Of a stretch of 59,012 bases of DNA, positions 56,965 to 59,012 are shown one piece after another. Origin of the DNA: Candidatus Binatia bacterium (GTDB lineage Bacteria; Desulfobacterota; Binatia; UBA1149; CAITLU01); the NCBI GenBank assembly GCA_046261745.1, contig JBHEOD010000007.1, positions 1 to 59,012 on the forward strand, in the 5' to 3' direction. The first letter of the stretch is position 1. The number at the start of each line of letters is the position of its first letter. The notes below the pieces were generated by a model. That model was not told where the DNA came from and did not search any database. It worked only from the letters and a program-made list of their open reading frames with translations. The translations under genes were made by a program, and so were the position numbers.

Positions 56965-59012
56965 GTGACCAAGCCCGCCTTCGAACCGATCGCGGTGGTC
57001 GGCCGCGCGTGCCTGTTGCCGGGCGCGACGACTCCCGAACAGCTCTGGCAGCTCGTGCTGGAAGGGCGCGACGTCATTGGCCCAGCGCCCGAGGGACGCT
57101 GGGGCGTGGCCAGGGAGAAGATCCTTGCCGCCGCCGGAGCCTCCGCCAGCGATCGCGCGTGGTCGGACCGCGGCGGTTACGTCGAAAGCTTCGCGAGCGT
57201 GTTCGATCCCGAGGGCTTCGATGGACTGACGGCCGCCCAGGTGCTGGCCCTCGATCCTCTCTTCCAGTGGCTGCTGCACACGACGCGCGAAGCGCTGCGC
57301 GATGCCGGCGGCGCGCACGGCAGGGTCGGAGCCGTCTTCGGCAACCTTTCCTTTCCGTCCGCTTCGATGGCGGCATTCGCCGAGGCGGTGTGGTCGGATC
57401 GCGAGGCGCGGCCGGATGCGCGCAACCGTTTCTCGTCGGGCCTGCCGGCGCTCATTCTCGAGAAGGCGCTCGCGCTCGAAGCCGGCGCCTTCGCGCTTGA
57501 CGCCGCGTGCGCGAGCTCGCTTTACGCCATCAAGAGTGCGTGCGACCGGCTGCACGACGGACGCGCCGACCTCGTGCTGGCCGGCGCGGTCAACTGCGCG
57601 GACGACCTCTTCATCCACGTCGGCTTCACCGCGCTCGGTGCGCTGAGCCCGAGCGGCCGCAGTCGGCCGTTCCATGCCGGCGCCGACGGCCTGGTGCCGG
57701 CTGAAGGCGCCGCGTTCGTCGCGCTCAAGCGCCTGGCGGATGCCGAGCGCGACGGCAACACCATCCATGCTGTGCTGCGCGGCGTCGGCCTTTCCAACGA
57801 CGGGCGCGGCAAGGGTTTCCTGGTGCCTTCCGAGGAAGGCCAGACGCGCGCGATTCGCGCGGCCTACGAAGCCGCGTCCCTGTCACCTTCCGACATCTCG
57901 CTGCTCGAATGCCACGCCACCGGCACCACGATCGGCGACGCGACCGAGCTGCGCAGCCTTGGCAACGTCTTCACGGGCGCCGCGGCCGCGCTGCCGATCG
58001 GCTCGCTCAAGTCGAACATGGGCCACCTGATCACCGCCGCAGGAACGGCCGCGCTGATCAAGGTGATCGAAGCGATGCGAGCCGGCGTGCGTCCGCCGAC
58101 GCTGCACGTGGAGACGCCAACCGCAGACCTCGCCGGCACGCCGTTTCGGCTACTGACCGCAGCCGAGCCATGGGACGTCGCCGACGGAGCCACGAGACGC
58201 GCCGGCATCTCCGCCTTCGGCTTCGGCGGCAACAACGCCCATCTCCTCGTCGAGCAGTACGACAATCGGAAGTCCGGGACAGGTACTTCGGCGCGAGAGA
58301 CGGCCGTCGCGCCCGAGCCGCTTGCAATCGTCGCCATCGGCGTCGTCGCCGCCGGCTGCCGCAATGTCGAAGAGTTTGCGACGGCACTGCGTGACCGTCG
58401 CTCGCAGCTCCAGCTTCGCGACGACGGATGCTTCGAAGGCCGCGCCGGCCAGCTGGTTCTCGACGTCGCGGCGCTCGGCGTGCCGCCCAGCGATCTTCGC
58501 CAGACGCTCGCGCAGCAGTTGCTCATGCTCGGCGCGGCGCGCGAAGCGGTGGCCAACCTGGAGTCCTGCACCCGACTCGAGCAAACCGGCGGCGCCTTGC
58601 CACGAGCCGGCGACCGCGACGGCGTTCTTCCGCGCGAGCGCAGCGGAGTGTTCGTCGGCATGGGCGTCGATGCGGAGGTGGCGCGCTACGGGATGCGCTG
58701 GCGAAACACGTCCGGCGACTCTGCCGACGGCGTCGTCGGTGCGCTGACGTCGGCCGGCGTGATCGGCACGATGCCGAACATGACCGCCAACCGCATCAAC
58801 CGCCTGTTCGATCTTGGCGGCGCGAGCTGCACGGTTTCGGCCGAGGAGCGCTCCGGCCTCGTCGCGCTCGAGATGGCGGCGCGGGCGCTGCGCTTGGGCG
58901 AACTGGACGCCGCCACGATGCAGGACCGGTTGGACCATGCCGACATATTCGTCTCGGCGGCGATCTACGAGCCGTTCGGGCTGGCCGTGCTCGAAGCGGC
59001 GCAAGCCCGATG
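56965..59012 (+). CDS. pfaC: PfaC-like KS-CLF protein (3' partial; the last ~30 codons switch to a glycosyltransferase-like sequence)
   Basis: The frame is open from GTG 56965, 4 nt after the pfaA stop, to the window end. It is absent from the track because it has no stop. KS motifs are LDAACASS, ECHATGT and SNMGHL. The CLF has SCTVSAEERSG. Confidence 0.85.
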   Translation, partial: MTKPAFEPIAVVGRACLLPGATTPEQLWQLVLEGRDVIGPAPEGRWGVAREKILAAAGASASDRAWSDRGGYVESFASVFDPEGFDGLTAAQVLALDPLFQWLLHTTREALRDAGGAHGRVGAVFGNLSFPSASMAAFAEAVWSDREARPDARNRFSSGLPALILEKALALEAGAFALDAACASSLYAIKSACDRLHDGRADLVLAGAVNCADDLFIHVGFTALGALSPSGRSRPFHAGADGLVPAEGAAFVALKRLADAERDGNTIHAVLRGVGLSNDGRGKGFLVPSEEGQTRAIRAAYEAASLSPSDISLLECHATGTTIGDATELRSLGNVFTGAAAALPIGSLKSNMGHLITAAGTAALIKVIEAMRAGVRPPTLHVETPTADLAGTPFRLLTAAEPWDVADGATRRAGISAFGFGGNNAHLLVEQYDNRKSGTGTSARETAVAPEPLAIVAIGVVAAGCRNVEEFATALRDRRSQLQLRDDGCFEGRAGQLVLDVAALGVPPSDLRQTLAQQLLMLGAAREAVANLESCTRLEQTGGALPRAGDRDGVLPRERSGVFVGMGVDAEVARYGMRWRNTSGDSADGVVGALTSAGVIGTMPNMTANRINRLFDLGGASCTVSAEERSGLVALEMAARALRLGELDAATMQDRLDHADIFVSAAIYEPFGLAVLEAAQAR
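58264..58286 (+). repeat. copy of the AATCGG..GGGACAGGTAC repeat family in the pfaC KS-CLF linker
   Basis: AATCGGAAGTCCGGGACAGGTAC matches the reverse complement of 6901-6923 at 21/23 positions. Confidence 0.7.

Noticed and set aside
54987-57500. 837-aa plus-strand ORF, and 51733..53592 on the minus strand
   Set aside because: These are alternate or antisense frames of the pfaA/pfaC megasynthase genes. They are Arg-rich and have no domains.

Overview
This is a GC-rich bacterial chromosomal segment. Myxococcus-type Cys-rich repeats and an ER-first pfa gene order hint at a Myxococcota/deltaproteobacteria-like host, but that lineage call is inference only. I support about 55 protein genes. By eye I found no rRNA, tRNA, CRISPR array, transposase or integrase. 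Many long ORFs in the track are antisense or alternate-frame GC artefacts. Four real genes shorter than 60 aa are missing from the track.

Layout:
(1) 0-11.7 kb holds housekeeping and miscellaneous genes: alkB (partial), a collagen-like mini-lipoprotein, an esterase, a dead SRPBCC gene, glyQS, ppdK, aroE, a PPOX-like flavoprotein, an MDR oxidoreductase and a secreted trypsin-like protease.
(2) 11.7-17.7 kb holds a PAS histidine kinase divergent from a compact 4-gene type IV pilus/T2SS-like cassette (ATPase, platform, pilin, prepilin peptidase).
(3) 17.8-28 kb holds a crotonase, an EcsC/PTP-like pair, trehalose genes (otsA and an otsB-GH15 fusion) and polyphosphate genes (ppk1, ppx).
(4) 28-46.4 kb is an island of duplicated PAS kinases, FixJ/NarL regulators and many tiny membrane or general-stress-type proteins (DUF3185-like x2, DUF1328 x2, DUF3309, DUF883-like x2, CsbD, 4xBON, a YXWGXW protein). 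They are wired by a conserved 34-nt promoter-proximal motif present six times.
(5) 46.5-59 kb holds a TPP decarboxylase, a TetR regulator with two palindromic operators, and a PUFA-synthase-like pfaD-pfaA-pfaC cluster.

The pfa cluster carries a +1 frameshift, in-frame insertions of short palindromic repeat elements, and an abrupt CLF-to-glycosyltransferase switch at the window edge.

The most interesting candidate for an undescribed system is the motif-linked small-membrane-protein regulon in block 4.

All family calls come from motif recognition by eye. No database search was run.
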